A stretch of 64,000 nt of DNA from Eimeria praecox (taxonomy: Eukaryota): NCBI GenBank assembly GCA_963920595.1, contig OY986946.1, positions 4,650,001-4,714,000 on the forward strand. Direction: 5' to 3'. Position numbers and translations under genes: made by a program. Position 1 is the first letter of the stretch. Each line of letters starts with the position of its first letter. Below, piece after piece: positions 11,431-25,299 of the stretch. The notes under the pieces were generated by a model that was given only the letters and a program-made list of their open reading frames with translations, ran no database searches and was not told the origin of the DNA.

Positions 11431-14400
11431 CCTTGTATGACCGCATGGCTCACCGGCGCAGGGCCGCGCAGCGCAGCGAACACCCCCGCTCCATAGGGAA
11501 TCTTAGCGTGCACAAACGCCTGGTGAGAAAAGGGAATCAACAATTCAAAAAAGTCCTTACACATCTTTTGGGAAAATCTTTATCAAACTATCAGCCCTTT
11601 CCTACCTGTATAATGGAGATTCCTCATGGTCTGCCCTGGGGTGCGGGGGAGACCCATCGACAGCCAAACCGCACTTGCTTTCCGCATCCCAGAAGCTGGA
11701 AAGAGCATTTCCACGAAGGCCAATTCATGAAGAATGCCTCCGCCTCTACCGAGCATCCACATATGATGGTCTCTGCGATGCGGAAACAATGGAGGAGTTC
11801 GTTGGCTCTCTCGACTTTTACCTCCGCCTTCAAAACGAACCAAAAACCCACAAATACTAGAGGCATCTTGCCTGTATCACGGGGGCAAACGCCCGTGGTG
11901 GCTACATCTGAGCAAAGGTTCCGCTTTATTGGAGTACTTCAGGGCCGTGCAAGCTAGCCTGCGTGCACTAGATGCAGGTTTAGTCCGATACCTGCAAGGG
12001 GACAAGCTATGGAGGACCTGAGAAAGCGTAAGCAAGGGAATGTGCCTATAGAACGCTGTACTGAGAGGCATCAGTCGCTGGTAAACAGACGTCCAGCAGT
12101 GTAGTGGGAGCTCTAGTGAGATAAGTTCATAGCAGGGCTCTCCCACGGGGGCAGGCAGCCAGAAACCGGCTAGACAGTGGGAATGGAACAAAGGAGTGAA
12201 GCAGCTCATCTGGCCCAGATCACAGGGTATCTCCGCATTAAAGAAAGAAAGGCAATGCTACTTTCATAGCTGTGGCCCAGCAATATGAAGGCGGGCTGAG
12301 AAACGGCTCATATTCTGAGTTTACAGATATTGGGGCTGTGAATGCCAGACTAGCCCAGAAACGAGTCAAAAGCGTTAGCCGGCAAGAGCCAGCGAATACG
12401 GTAACCAGGAAGCCAAGGAGACGTAGCAAGTGGTGTATCTGCTTATTGCGCAATAAGCAAGGCCGCATACCCCCTCACTTCAGGCACATGAAAAAATGCT
12501 AAGAAACGGGAGAAGCAGGACTTTGAGCAGCGTCGCCAGGAGAGCAAATAAAACGAGCAGACAAGCGTCGGGGACCCCACGCAATGTGCGGCGCAGTGAT
12601 GGGGCCGAAGGTGATAGTAGCCCAACACACCGATCCTCCTCGAGCTAACTCACCCTTTATGCTGGCTCGTATTAATGGTCAGGGGTTGGTTATTCTACTT
12701 GGAAGGAGCTGCAAACTGGATCTGATATCTGAAGCTACGGCGAGGAGGTTCAGCTTGCCAGTCAATTTGTTGGCGCAATCTCTGCAACTGCGCTCTGCTG
12801 TTGGAAGGCAGGAAGCCAGCATTGGTAAACAATGGGAAACAAATATGACGTCTATTCATATATGGGCTATATTTACTCCGGCGTTGGACTTCTATGGGCC
12901 ACTATGGGCCAGTTCGTTATGACTCAATCCTACGGGTGCCGTGAGCAGCTCAGCGGAGGGTGCGCGTGCGGCCTCCAAACGACATAGTTGAGGTGTGTAT
13001 GTCGGGCAGCTCACCCCTCTGGTCTCCCAATAGCATCTTCTTCCCCTAAGATAAGAGAAATGGAATCAGGGAACAAGGAGAAAAAAACGAGGAAGCTCCT
13101 ACGCATTTCTCCCGTGTAACCTGCAGCAGGAAACGAAGGAGAAACGCATGCATTCTGTTGTCACGCCCCTGCAAAGGTCGCCGTTTTTTTATTCTATCCA
13201 CCTAACAACCGAGAAACCGAAGAAGTAGGCATCATTGAAGAAAAAGTTCCCAGATGTACTCAATAAGAAGGAGCTTCCGGTGGGGCCACCTACTGGACGC
13301 TCAGTGCCCCGCATCGTCTTCATCCCCAGAGCATTCGCAGCGTTATTCCATTTTTCCGGCGCCCCCCACATTTTGAAAATGAAGTTGAGCTGCAAGGAAA
13401 AGAAGAATGGCACAAGAATTGCTAAAAGGGGAAATGGTCAATCGCTAATTATTGCCTTTGGACACTATCCGGTATTGGCAAAGAAAAAGGACGAAAGGTC
13501 GCGCGTGTGCGCTGATTTCACATCCTTCAACAAAATCAGTGTGCATCAGATGTTCTCGATGCTCCGGGTCAACGAACTACTTGACCGCTTACGGCAAGAC
13601 CCAGTCTATTCACCATTTGATTTCGCAGCTGCGCTTGTGCAGACCCCCATACATCCCGACGGCAGGCGCAATACTGCTTTGGAAACCCCTACGCGCAGAC
13701 TAGAGTGCAACTGCAAGCCATTTGGGGTCGTTCAAGAGCATGCTAAACAGCAGAGACTGGCCAGTCAAAGCCTCTTGAGGCTAGTCAATGAGGGGTGGAT
13801 TACTATATGCGGGTATGGTGTGCTTTTGTTCAATCATGATGCCTGTGGTGTGCTCTGCCAATGCTACGCGAGGACAGGTGAGTCGTGAAGGTATAAGAGT
13901 GATCGTTTCCCATGCAGCCAACCGGTTTCGTAGAGTTTCTTTTCCTGCAGAAGGAGTCGAGGCAGATCCGGCGAAGATAGAGACGATTCAGACGTGTTCG
14001 CTACGCCTGTACACTTCCAAGAATGTTCAGAGGCTCGGAAGCCTCGTTCCGTACTACAGCAACTTGATTCCTAATTTCGCTCGTACCGATGCCCGTCTAC
14101 CGGATCCACTTAAGAAGGGCAAATAACTTGGACAGAGAGAGAGGATGATGCAACTGTGCACGCTTTGACTTTTTGCTCTCCGCCATCTCTGGACTACGCA
14201 GAAGTGCCATTTTCGGGTGCGAAATTGCAGCTGGCTGTCAGACGCCAGCCCTATACTCTTGCAGCCGTTGGCGTTAATACACGGCTTGCGCCTGAGCGGC
14301 ATTGCAAGAAAAAGGCACAAACGCTCCATACAAGAATCTACAAGCTATGACAAGGGGCATTCAGCATTCAGTGTCAACGTATAAGGCTTGGCTCTAGTGA

Positions 14401-15078
14401 AATCATATTATTTTCGAAGACCGAAGTAGAACGATCAGTCAAAGAAGCCTGCCACACGTTGGGTAGGGCCTCTCACTGTTCGTTGTCGCTTTGACGCATT
14501 CGCTTACATAGTGGGCTTACTCTCCCCGTGGATATGCTACCACACTATCAGTATTGGTTTACCCGAAAGGCTGATGGATTCACCGAAAATTTCTCCGAAC
14601 TCTCAGCACAAAAACGCAGCAATGTTACAGTGAGAAGGAGCAAACAGAAGATATTGAAGCTCGGGGCAGGCGTGCATAAACTCGGAGGCAAAAATAAGCG
14701 TGAATCGTATGCCATGTAGCCCATAGAAAGGCAACACGAGAGCATTCTTGAGGGTCGCTTACTCGCAGTTATCCATTATAAGCACCTAGAAGCCCTTTTC
14801 CAATCACCGGAAGCGACTGCAGACGTGGGGTCTGTGCAGCGCTGCTTAAATGGGTGTTTAAATTTCCCGTTGAGCAATCATACACGTGGGGTGGTTTTTA
14901 GTGAGCAGGCATTCCCTTTCTACGTATCTCTGTGTCATTCTTCCCTGGCGTTCACTCCTATGTTAGCTAGAACTCATGCCCTAATGCCAGGGCACTGCCG
15001 CCGACAGCATTTCTATTTCCCTCCTAGATTGGGGCTGCGCTTCCCAGCATTTGGCGTAGGTGGAGGACTCTCGTTATA
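10899..15078 (+). mobile_element. Decayed Ty3/Gypsy LTR retrotransposon, family A copy 1 (internal deletion of RNase H and integrase core)
   Basis: 5' LTR 10899-11430 with 9-bp terminal inverted repeats TGTAACGAG...CTCGTTACA. Gag-like YDGLCDAETMEEFVGSLDFYLRL (~11760-11830). Degenerate protease (INGQGLVILLGRSCKLDLIS). RT remnants (KKKDERSRVCADFTSFNK...LLDRL...KPFGV, 13235-13888; GVEADPAKIETI...YYSNLIPNFA). Integrase C-terminal KKPATRWVGPLTVR at ~14440. The right end (ctcgttata at 15078) is uncertain and no TSD was found. Confidence 0.85.
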
Positions 15079-16609
15079 ACCGTCATGAGCTGTAATAAAG
15101 TCAAAGACTTAAGGGAAGTGCGAGCAAAAAAGCATGTGCACACCCTCCAAGCCTCCTGGGCGCAACCGCTCAAGGGCTGAGCCTGGTAAGGACATGGGCC
15201 GGCATAGCTTCGCGGGCTGCAACGCACTTTGCTGCAGTTAGTGCTGGAAGCAGCCCCACATGCGCTCACAGCAATTTCCACTTTACCGCATGCGTAACCG
15301 TTGGAGACTGTCTTTACGCAGAGACTTGATCATCCCTAGCCAGGCGTTGAATAAGTAGGGATACCAGCACCCCATCCCTCAGAGCAGGGTACAAATGCCG
15401 TTTCCCTGCATGCGCTAGCGTTGTATATTGAAGTTTATTCTGTCTCTAAACACCTACTTGGTCCTACGTAATCAGCCCGCCTGTAAGTAGGGATCCGAGC
15501 ACGAGCACAACGCCGAGCATGCTGTATTGCTGTTAATATTGCTACAACGTTGTCCTACATGCAAGCGCAACCGGGCCTTTTGCTATATTCGCTAACACTT
15601 TACACTGTAGCGTAGGCAATCGTTGAACAATTCCTCTTGCCCGTAGTCAGCTTACGCTGCCTGCACACCACAGACCATGGTACCCCTCCCGACCCCCGCC
15701 GAACCCGTTGCTGCGTCCGCTAATATTGTAGACTGAAGTGTAGACTGCCTTTAAACGCATATTTATCCATTTAGAACCAGCCTGTTGGCAGCTAGATATA
15801 CGAGTACCAACATATCGCAGACCACGAACGACGTCACAGCTATCGTTCCGGCGGCACCGGCCAAGCAGGATACCCTCCAGCGCTTCTCAATCTGTTTAGT
15901 TTTTAGTAGGAGAGAGTACCAATGCTTATTCAAAAGCCAGCAATTAGCCAAAACCTTTCTCGCTAAACTACCGAAAGCTTTGACTCCTCGTGCAGTTGCG
16001 TATGTCGGTAGCAGCATGCGAGGCTACCCGAGGCGAGCTTCAAGGAGGGATCAATTAAAAGATTACCTGAAACGCTGATTACACTAGCATATAGCTGACC
16101 GAAGGATTCAAACTGTAGGGAAAACAGCGCATTCTCCCAGCAGACACGGACGAAAGCACTGTTATGATGGGAGTCGGCGGGTGCGTGCTCAGCCCAACTG
16201 CCTGGATGTAGGTCCCGCCCGTACGTCAATAGAGGATGTCAGGCCTGGTAGATTATGTTAGGACTTTTCTGCTTAATTCTGGAAAGCAGCAAGAATTAAG
16301 CGGATTGTTGCCTTTCCGTTTCCTTAACTTGGTTTAGGCCAGTTCCCCTCGTGGCATGAGCCTGACTGAACAAGACCCACCTCGTTGCTAGGGTATCTTC
16401 GTGTCATTTCCACAGTTTTAGCCCATACCATACTTGACAAACTTCTTCTATTTTTGAATATTGAGCTTGACCTTGGCTTCGAGTTCGAGAATTTCGTACT
16501 CCCTCAGCTACGTTCGAGGATCAGGAGCGGCTCGCCGTCGCTACGCCCTCGCATTCTTTCTCTGAATAACTCTTTCTGCCCCCTGTCCCTTACCACCTGG
16601 CCTTTTGAG

Positions 16610-19600
16610 ATGGAACATCTCAATGGGCCACAAATGACGTCAGAGACCGCCAGCACTGCCAGCGGAGATGGCGGCAAACTGGAGTCGCAGATGTATCACC
16701 AGCTGCGCAAGCTAATTAACGTTGTGGTAAGACTAGGATACACGCCCTCTTCACTCCTCCCACGATTGTCCTTTCCACTACATCCGAATCTTCGTTCAGC
16801 TGCATAGGATTTTTTAGGTAGACATTAGACAGACAGCGGCTGAAGGACTGCTTGCGGGAGCGGCTAACTTCCACCTTGAAGGCTTCCGGGGCCTCTCTTC
16901 TCATTTCCCTTACGTACATTTTGTTCTAGTTGTGGGGAGGAAGAGCTCAAGTGCACATTGACGATCCTTGGGATGCGTGGACGTCTGTGCCATAGTTGTC
17001 AGCCCGCTGGCGAGGCCTGCAGAGGCGCGGGCTGACACCTGGGGGTCGGATTGTCTATGTTAATTGGGTATTACTCCCTCTGTATGCGTCTGCTTGTATC
17101 CATAAAATACCTGCCGCCTGTAAAACAGCTGGCAGAGCCTTCACCCTTTCGAACCTTTCTCTCCTTTCACCGCTTTGACTCAGGATGAACTCCGTGACTG
17201 CGGCGTGCAACAGTGGATTCAGCTGCCTCGTATCTGTGTTTTAGGGACTCAGTCAGCAGGTATGTGACTGAGAAGTATTTGATTACCTCAGCCTTTGATT
17301 CATCACTGTTCTTAGGGCCATCTGCTGGGTGGAGAGGGACAGGATGAGCTGAGCAGATGGGTGGAAGGACGAATATCTGAACCGTGTGGTTTTCAGGAAA
17401 GAGTTCAGTTCTAGAGGCAATTGTCGGTGTTGATTTTCTCCCCCGAGGAGATGGAGTTGTTACAAGGAGGCCGCTGGAGCTGCGGCTTGTTCATTTACCC
17501 GAGTGTACGTATGCCTCGTGATAGGGACAGTTAGATGTCATCTAGAGCGTTTCTTTGCGTCCCCAATTTGCGTCTGTTAGATCATGCTTCAGCTGTTTAT
17601 CTATAGCGCAAGCTGGTTGTATGCCCGCAGGAGACAGAAAGGGCACCAAAAACGTATAGAGAGATGAGTCGTCTGTGTCCATGGCATGCGTGCTTGTTGG
17701 GGTTTCAGCTGAGCACGGACCTGAGGAGGCCTTCGCGGTGTTTGACAACTGCAAGGAGAGAAAGTTCAAAAATTTTGACGAAGTTCGGGCAGAGATTGAA
17801 CGACTTACGGATGAAGTCGCCGGTGGGATATGATTTCTTTGTTAGTGTATGCGCATCTTCTTGTGCTTATGTGCCGAATTCAGAATGACAGAAATATGTA
17901 GCAAGAGGAAACGACACACAAATGGACCGACAGAGAGGCGCCAGCAGGTGGATAGGAGGAAGCGCGGACATGTTGTGCATGCAGCTCTCTAAGGAGCAGC
18001 ATCCTCTTTGTTTTCTCTGAGCTTCTCCTTATTGTTCGTTTGACTGTCACTGTCAGGCAAGAACAAGGGAATCGTCGACTCCCCAATCGTCTTGACTGTG
18101 TATGCCACCCGCTGTCCTGATCTGTCACTAATTGACCTTCCCGGCATTACCCGCGTGCCGCTGAAGGGCAGTGACCAGTCAGACGATATCGAGGCACTGA
18201 CGCGGCAGATGGCTCTCAGGCAAGGCATGCTGTCCAGCAGCCCTTAAGGGATGCGCATTCATGCGCATGCGTTTGCTTGCATGCATAAACGCCTAATGCG
18301 TGCAAACTTAACACGTATGCGCGTATACTGCACGGTGTGGCCTTCTGTGTGCTTGGGGTGTTGGCTGCCTTCTGGTCTCTCTGTTTCCATTTGTACCTGT
18401 TCATGTGTTTGTGTCTATTCCTATGTGTGCCTGTGTGTACCGATCTCTCGTTGCTTTTGCCTTCTTCTGTCTGTTACCCTCCGTCGATTGGTCTTAAATT
18501 GCATGTCTGTTTCTTCATTTGTGTCCATCTTTGTCTCCTTCAGATACGCTTCAGACCCTCGCACGATAATTTTGGCGGTTTTGCCGGCCAATGCGGGTGG
18601 GTCTGCGATGAGTTCCCTCTACATAGGAGGTGGATAGACAACTTGAGTCGCCGCACGTTGTCTAATGTGCATGCTCTATCTCTCCTTCGTATTATCTCTC
18701 CTCTGCGCAGATATGTCTACCTCCGACGCACTCCAGTTGGCCCGGCGAGTCGATCCGCGTGGTGTACGTACAATAGGCGTTATCACGAAAGTTGATCTTA
18801 TGGACAATGGGACGGATGCATGCAAGATGCTTTTGGGCGAAGAAATTCCGTTGCGATTAGGCTACACAGGCACGTAGTCCCTTTTTTCCTACACAGAGTT
18901 GCAGCTAAGGTATTTAAGGTGCAGTTGCCGTCTTACAGTCGAGTAGGGGTGCTGTTACCGTCCTTTACCGTCATTATAGCACGCGGGTTCGTCGCGAGTG
19001 TGGGCCACAAGACAGGGATGGGTGTTGAAACTTATTTCTCTGCTGTACCAGATGACAGTTGTTAGAAAACGTGTGTGGATGTGCACGTAAGCATGCGTTT
19101 TGGATACTGATGCATGGGTACATATGTATGTGCCAGCGTACGCTGACGCATCCATAAACGTCCATTTGTACAGATAGTGGCTGTGGATGCAGGGGTGAAA
19201 AATCGTTCTCAAGCAGATATCAAGGCTGGGAAGAGTGTGCAGAGCTGCCTGGAGGAGGAGCGACAGTACTTCAAGACTCACCCCGTGTATGGCCACATGG
19301 GGTCCCAGTACTGGGGCATCCCGTCTTTGGTAGAGAAGCTGACCCGTGTGCTCTTCCTGCACATAAAGCACGTTCTGCCTGAAATAAGGAAGGAAATACA
19401 GCTCAAGGCTCGGGGAGTACAAACGCGAATCCAAGAACTGGGAGAGGTATAACTCGTAGTATTGTCATGCAGTGTCATGCGGTGAACTTGCATTTGGCAC
19501 CCTCAGCGTTTTTGAGGGCTTTAATCTGTTGCTTCTCGCCACTTTGTGTATGCAGCCAAAGGAATTGGAATGAGCTGAGCTGATTCTAGAACACCTGATT

Positions 19601-19651
19601 TGTCCCAGTCATTCGCGCACGTGCTCATCGTCATGCGTTTTCTCAGTAGAT

Positions 19652-19725
<74 letters not shown>

Positions 19726-22700
19726 TATAGATATATAGATATATAGATATAGATATAGATATAGATATTGTCTCCTGCTTGCGCCAATGGGAATTTTTGC
19801 CACGGAAAATTGCATGGAGATGCATACATTTTGGGTTGCTTATATGTGTATGGTGCTCCCGTGTGAGCTGATCATGCAATGTGCCTGCCCAAGCGTATTA
19901 TCTTGTTAACACATCACTGCAGTGCAGGCTTATATATTCATAGTCGCCGATGCCGTTAAGTTCCTCTTTGTCTTTTTCTTGCTTAGGGAGTCCCTTCTGA
20001 GTCGAGAGACAGGGCTCAGCTGCTCTGGACAGCCATCACAGACTACGTGGAGGTGATAAAGAGCGCGATACGGGGGAAGTATGACAAGCGCCTGCAAAAG
20101 TACTTTGACCAGGTAATTTAAGAGATGCAACAAATAGGCATGGGTACACTGGCAGATGCGGATTAGCACATTGTGGGACCGAACAAAGACGAGCGTGGGC
20201 ACAAGGGCACGAATTAAGAGGGCTGCCTTCTTACGTGCCTTCGCCAGAAGTAAAGAATGATATAGAGGGTCCTCAAACAGGGGGATTTTTGCTTTGGAAG
20301 GGACTTGTGGAGAAGAAGGGGTCACCGCAGCTAGCTAGTGTCCGTATCCGCTGCAACGCGGCGCTGCAGCGTAGCACTGCAGCAAACCCCTGCAGGTAGT
20401 GGTGTCTGACTGCTATTTAATGTCCTTTACGCCGCTGCACCTCACTTCCGTCATCCCTTGCCTCTGGTCTGTTTGCTGGGTGGCGTCTGTCGTAGAGTTC
20501 AGGCAAGGGCATGTTAGGGCTCGAGTATGGATTATTCCTCTTTGGCAGTGTTAGTACCTTTGCCTAAGTGGTGCAGTGCTGGGCGCATGTCTGGGCAAAG
20601 CAGTGTGCTACTGCTTGCTTGTAGTGTTAATGCGTGGATTTGTGTTTATCTGCCGTGCAGGACCAGTGCCTGACTATTGGATCCTGCATTCGTCATGAGT
20701 ACACAAGTCTGCTGGATGAGTACTGCGACCGAAACATCTCGGACGACATAACGGACAGTCAGGTGGAAACAGCGATTCGACTTCATGAAGGCGAATCTCT
20801 CCCTGGCTTCCCTTCTCCGGACACATTTGAACACCTCATCCTTCCTTACCTCAAAAAGCTCTCTCCTCCGGTCATGGATTGCCTCGGTGAGTCAGCGCCA
20901 GCTTCCGCTGCGGGGTCGCTTCTGCTGCTTCTGAGCTGCTGCTTTCAACGCTGCGATTGTTGGACAGCAGCACACTTATTGCATTGCGCGCGACCTTCCA
21001 GATCTGTTGCTTCTGCTGCTGCTGCAGTCTCCTTTGTTGCTCCGCATTGATGCTTTAGTTGCACATGCTGTGTGCGACTGTTCGTGCACTACAGATCGCG
21101 TGGCGCAGACGCTGGAGAGCCTTTCTCAGCGCGTGGCTGAGAGGGTATTTTGTCGTTTCCCGGCCCTTGCAGAGCGCGTTCTAGAAATATCTCAGGAGAT
21201 ATTGATAAGAGAGAAGGAAGCAACGCGGGAAATCCTGCAACACGACGTCGACGCAGAAATGGGCTATTTGTTTACAAACGACGAGCGGTCAGCCTCCCGC
21301 AAACCCATCTGTTGCTCCTGCTGCTTTGCTCCTGCCAGCGTTTGTCTTCGCTGCACCCCCTTTTTGCTGCTGTTTATGCGTTTTGCTGCTGCTGCAATGC
21401 GCGGCTGCTACTGTTGCGTGTTTCGTGGTTATGACGCTACTGCTGGCGCTTGTTAGTGCTTTCAACTTCAGATACCTTCAAGACCACGGCACGATGATTA
21501 CACAGCAGCAGCTGACCCTGGAGCAGCTACAGCAGCAGCAGCAATTGTTGCAGCAGCACCAACAGCTGGGCATAGGCCCTGATGGGCGTCCTTTGCAGCA
21601 GCCATCTCATGCTGAGAGAGCGCAGCAGATGCTGCAGCAGGTGCAGAGCCAGATGTCCACCTTATGGACATCGAAAGACAAGAAGAAGCCTGTCTACAGT
21701 GGTTCGCCTCAGTGCTTGTGCTGCGTCGCTTTGCTGGAGCAGCTGCTGGTGCCTCACCTGCCGCTGCAAGTGCTTGGGGGCGTCTCCTCATTTTCCTGCT
21801 GTGTCCTGGTAGGAAATGAGTGCTGCTGCTGAGGGTGAAAGGATTTTCAGTGCTGCTGCGGCTGCTGCTGTGATTTAGAACAATTCATTCAAGAGATCCG
21901 CCGTCGGCTGGACGCGTACTTCGGTTTGGTGCTTCACAACGTTCGAGACACCGTAAGGCCGCAAGGGGCTGGGGAAACCCATAGACTTTGGGGGCCGACG
22001 AGAGTGCGGAGACAGATGGAACCTTTAAGCATCGGAAGACTAGCAGATTCATGCAGAATAGGAAGGCACTGGCAGAAAGACGTAGAGAGTTTGTCGCATC
22101 ATGATTCCGTACTATGCCTCGCGGAGGACTGATGCTACCAGAGTTAAGACGTTCTGTCTCCTGCTGCTGCTGTTACTGCGGCTTCTGGTTGAGTCAGGTT
22201 CCCAAGAAAATTGGCTTTTTCTTGGTCCGGCAGCTTCAGGACAAGTTACAATTCGAGTTGTACAATAAACTCAATGACGAGCAGCTGTTTTCGTCTCTCC
22301 TGGGAGAGGTAAGATGAAAACCCCACCGGGGACGTCAGGTGTGGATGATTGCTTCTGCTTCCTTGCGTTGCTTTTGTTCTTCCCTTTAGCATGCTGCTTT
22401 GCCCACTTGTTTATTAGCTTTTCTTACGCTTTGCTGGTGGTGGCTTCTGCTTCTCCCTTTCTGCGTGTACCTGCGCACGCCTGTCTACTCGCATATACTT
22501 CTCCACGAATTTCATGTTTTCACTGGCTCAATAATTTTGGGTGTCAAACGCGTGTTAATGGGGATTCGAAGACGGCGGAACTGCTGCTGCTGATGGTGCA
22601 GCCTTCACACATCGTGGAAGAGAGACGGTCTCTGATGTCCCAGTTGAGTACTCTGAAGAAGGCAGCCGCTGTGCTGCAGCGCGATCCCCAAATTGCAGGC

Positions 22701-24232
22701 GAGCGTAACACCTATATCTGCTTTGCTGCCGTGTCGCAGTTCTACTTCGTGTTTCTGCTTGCTTCTTACGCGGTCGACGGACTTGCTCCGTCGAGCCGTC
22801 CCCTCTCACTGTTCTCCATAAAATGATTTAAAACGCTATACCGAGTTGTTTCACTGGGTACCTCACGTGCTGCTGCTCCTGCTGCGTGCAGCCTTGAACT
22901 TCGACACGATCGATGCTATGTTTGACTCGGATCTTCGCGAGTTGCAGCGCGGGACAGCAGAGCAGCAGCCGGGCAGTTCGCCATCATCTTCGGGGCCCCA
23001 GCAGAGAGCTGCCCTCCACCAGCCACAGCAACAACAAATAGGGCAACAGCAGCAACAGTTGAGGCAGCAACATGGGACAGGCCGCCTTTCGAATGGGCCA
23101 CCTCCCCCCTGTAAGCTCCACGTCTGCCATTGGTGCCGAGGATTTAGCGGTTAGGGGTTAGGGTGTATGGGCCATAGCCACGCTTAGAGCTTAGGGGTTA
23201 GGGTGTGTGGGCCATAGTGCGCGCCTCTACTGCTGCAGCTGTTGCTGTTTCCGCTGTTGCAGCGACACAAGCCATAGGCTCGACAGGAATGCCGGCACCT
23301 GGGGGCAGTCTGTTGCTGGCTTCACAGCAGCCTCCCGCCCCTGCGGCGGCCGCTCAAGGTACATAATCGCGAGGACACCAGCAACTAGCCTTTGGAAGTT
23401 GCACAGCTTTGGCACCCTCTGTTGTTTGATGTGTGCTGCACTTGACGTGCCGGTTAGGATTAGACACAGGCTTATCAGTATTTAGCTCTTGAACACTGTG
23501 TGCAGATGGCAGGGCTGCACCAAACGCGCGTCACCTCTTTGAACGTCCAGTGATGTTCCAGGTACGTTAAGGTCTCGGGTTTAGTGGCTTTGCTGATGCT
23601 CATTTTGCAATCCCCTGGGGGAATAGCGATTCTTCAGCTGTTCATGCCTAGCTGCTGTTGGCCCTCTTGTGAGCTTTACGAAAGCGCAAGTTTAAGGCTT
23701 CAGGCAAATTGCGGTTGGCGCTAACTTAGTAAGTGTCGCTGTGTGCATGCCCGCGCAGACTGCTTCAAACCCCCTATTTAATAACTAGTTGCCTCACACG
23801 GCGCCTGCACCCCCGATGTGGAGCTCAGGGGGTTGGGATTTGCTCTCTGTGCGCGGTGGCTGGCGCTTGCCGTGGACTGAAAGCTCTTACGGCTCCATGT
23901 GATGCACATTCGAGGTGTTTGTAAAAGTCGGTGCTGTAGGGGCGCATCAGTTGCTGCTGCTTTGCCCATTTGGTCCTTTGGCATCTGCAGCATTCCCAGG
24001 TGGTCCGATAGTGAAGACTGACAGCGACAGGCGCCAACAAGTAACACAAGACAGGCGGCAGCAGGCAGACACCCACAGGCACAGGCAGGCACACGCATAT
24101 ATCCACGCATGCTTGGATACAGGTGGAAAGAAACAACCAGTGGCACAGACAGAGGAAAGTACTTTGGAACAGAACCCCATGGCGGCGGGCCCCCCTCTTT
24201 CCAACGGGGCAGCCGCCGACAGATATAGATAG
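16610..24232 (+). CDS. DrpB: Dynamin-related GTPase, apicomplexan DrpB/DYN1-like
   Basis: Phase-consistent exons: 16610-16726, 17184-17259, 17397-17504, 17709-17822, 18057-18219, 18544-18596, 18711-18869, 19193-19446, 19987-20112, 20661-20886, 21095-21287, 21472-21701, 21879-21952, 22198-22308, 22602-22698, 22892-23110, 23263-23358, 23991-24232. G1 GTQSAGKSS, G2 VVTRRP, G3 DLPG, G4 TKVD, plus middle domain and GED ([22 protein letters not shown]). The N-terminus [13 protein letters not shown] resembles Toxoplasma DrpB / Plasmodium DYN1 as I recall them. The last exon and stop are less certain. Confidence 0.92.
19656..19768. repeat. Compound (AT)n(AG)n(ATATAG)n microsatellite in a DrpB intron
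   Basis: Read directly from the sequence. Confidence 0.95.
23150..23217. repeat. Two copies of a TTAGGGGTTAGGGTGT(A/G)TGGGCCATAG unit (telomere-like) in a DrpB intron
   Basis: ttaggggttagggtgtatgggccatag ... ttaggggttagggtgtgtgggccatag. Confidence 0.75.
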
Positions 24233-25299
24233 GGACCTGCGTTGCATGCACCGCTGCAACCGAAGTCCAACTGGGCGTAGACGAAGGAAAGGCTTTACAG
24301 ATAGGGTGAGGGAAGTGAGAAGAGAAACAGTTGGGGGCAGACTAGCTAGAGAAACTTGGAGTAAGTTTAGGAGAAGGTTCATGCACGTAAACTCCAATCG
24401 TACATGGGACAAGCGGACCCCACGTAGGAAGGGGAAGAGGTGGTACTCGGGGACAGGGAGGCATGCAAACATATTGCTCTGACAGATGTTAAGGAGCTAG
24501 GGAGGCAAAAGCATTTAAGCACGCAGTGAAGCGCAGCGCTGACAGAGAGAGTGACGAGACAGACACAACAAAAATCCAGGTGAAGCGTGTGTTGGACAGT
24601 CCAACGGCAATCCCTTCACCCTAGCTTGAGGGGTGGGGGTGCTTGCCGCTGGTGGTAACTCGATTCGTCGCCATTAGTCTATGCACAGCAATTCCCGAAG
24701 CATCCAGCAGCGGCCGTAGACTGCGGCCTAATGAGTGCGATTAGGGAGGCTATGCGGAGGACTGTTTGTAGCACTGGCTGTATGCACAGCAGCTGTTGCG
24801 GCGGTTGCTGCGGCTCGTAGCGTGCTGCCGCTGCTGCCGTTATTCTGTATGATACTGCTTCTTCTGTTTGTGCTGCCGCCTCCTTAGATTCACGTTGGCA
24901 GGCCCAAACATTCAGGGAAAGAATGAAAACAGACTGTCTAGAACGCAAACCTAAACCTGGAACTCACCCTAGATCTTGTACGACAAAGCCTTCAACTGAT
25001 TAACGGATGGCAACGGCCACTAGTGTGCCCTGAACACACGCTTGCATTGTAAGCCCAAGCTTAGAGGCAAAGCCATAAACGTGTAAACAGAGATTACGAA
25101 CAAGGCAACTGGGGAGCCTCAGACGAATTCACGACGGGTGTAGTGCTGGCTACTGCAATTTCGCTAGCGAACTGCATTGGGCATCCCCCAAGAAAGCAAA
25201 AAGCGCGGAAAGAACATGCATATTATGAATGATGAAAGATGAGCCACTAAGGCGATATAATCAGCGGAATAGGCGGTCTTCGATGATAGCTAAAACCTA

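Noticed and set aside
14820..15078. 3' LTR of family A copy 1
   Set aside because: Only the last ~15 nt (gaggactctcgttata) resemble the 5' LTR end and there is no matching TSD, so it is not called as a separate LTR.
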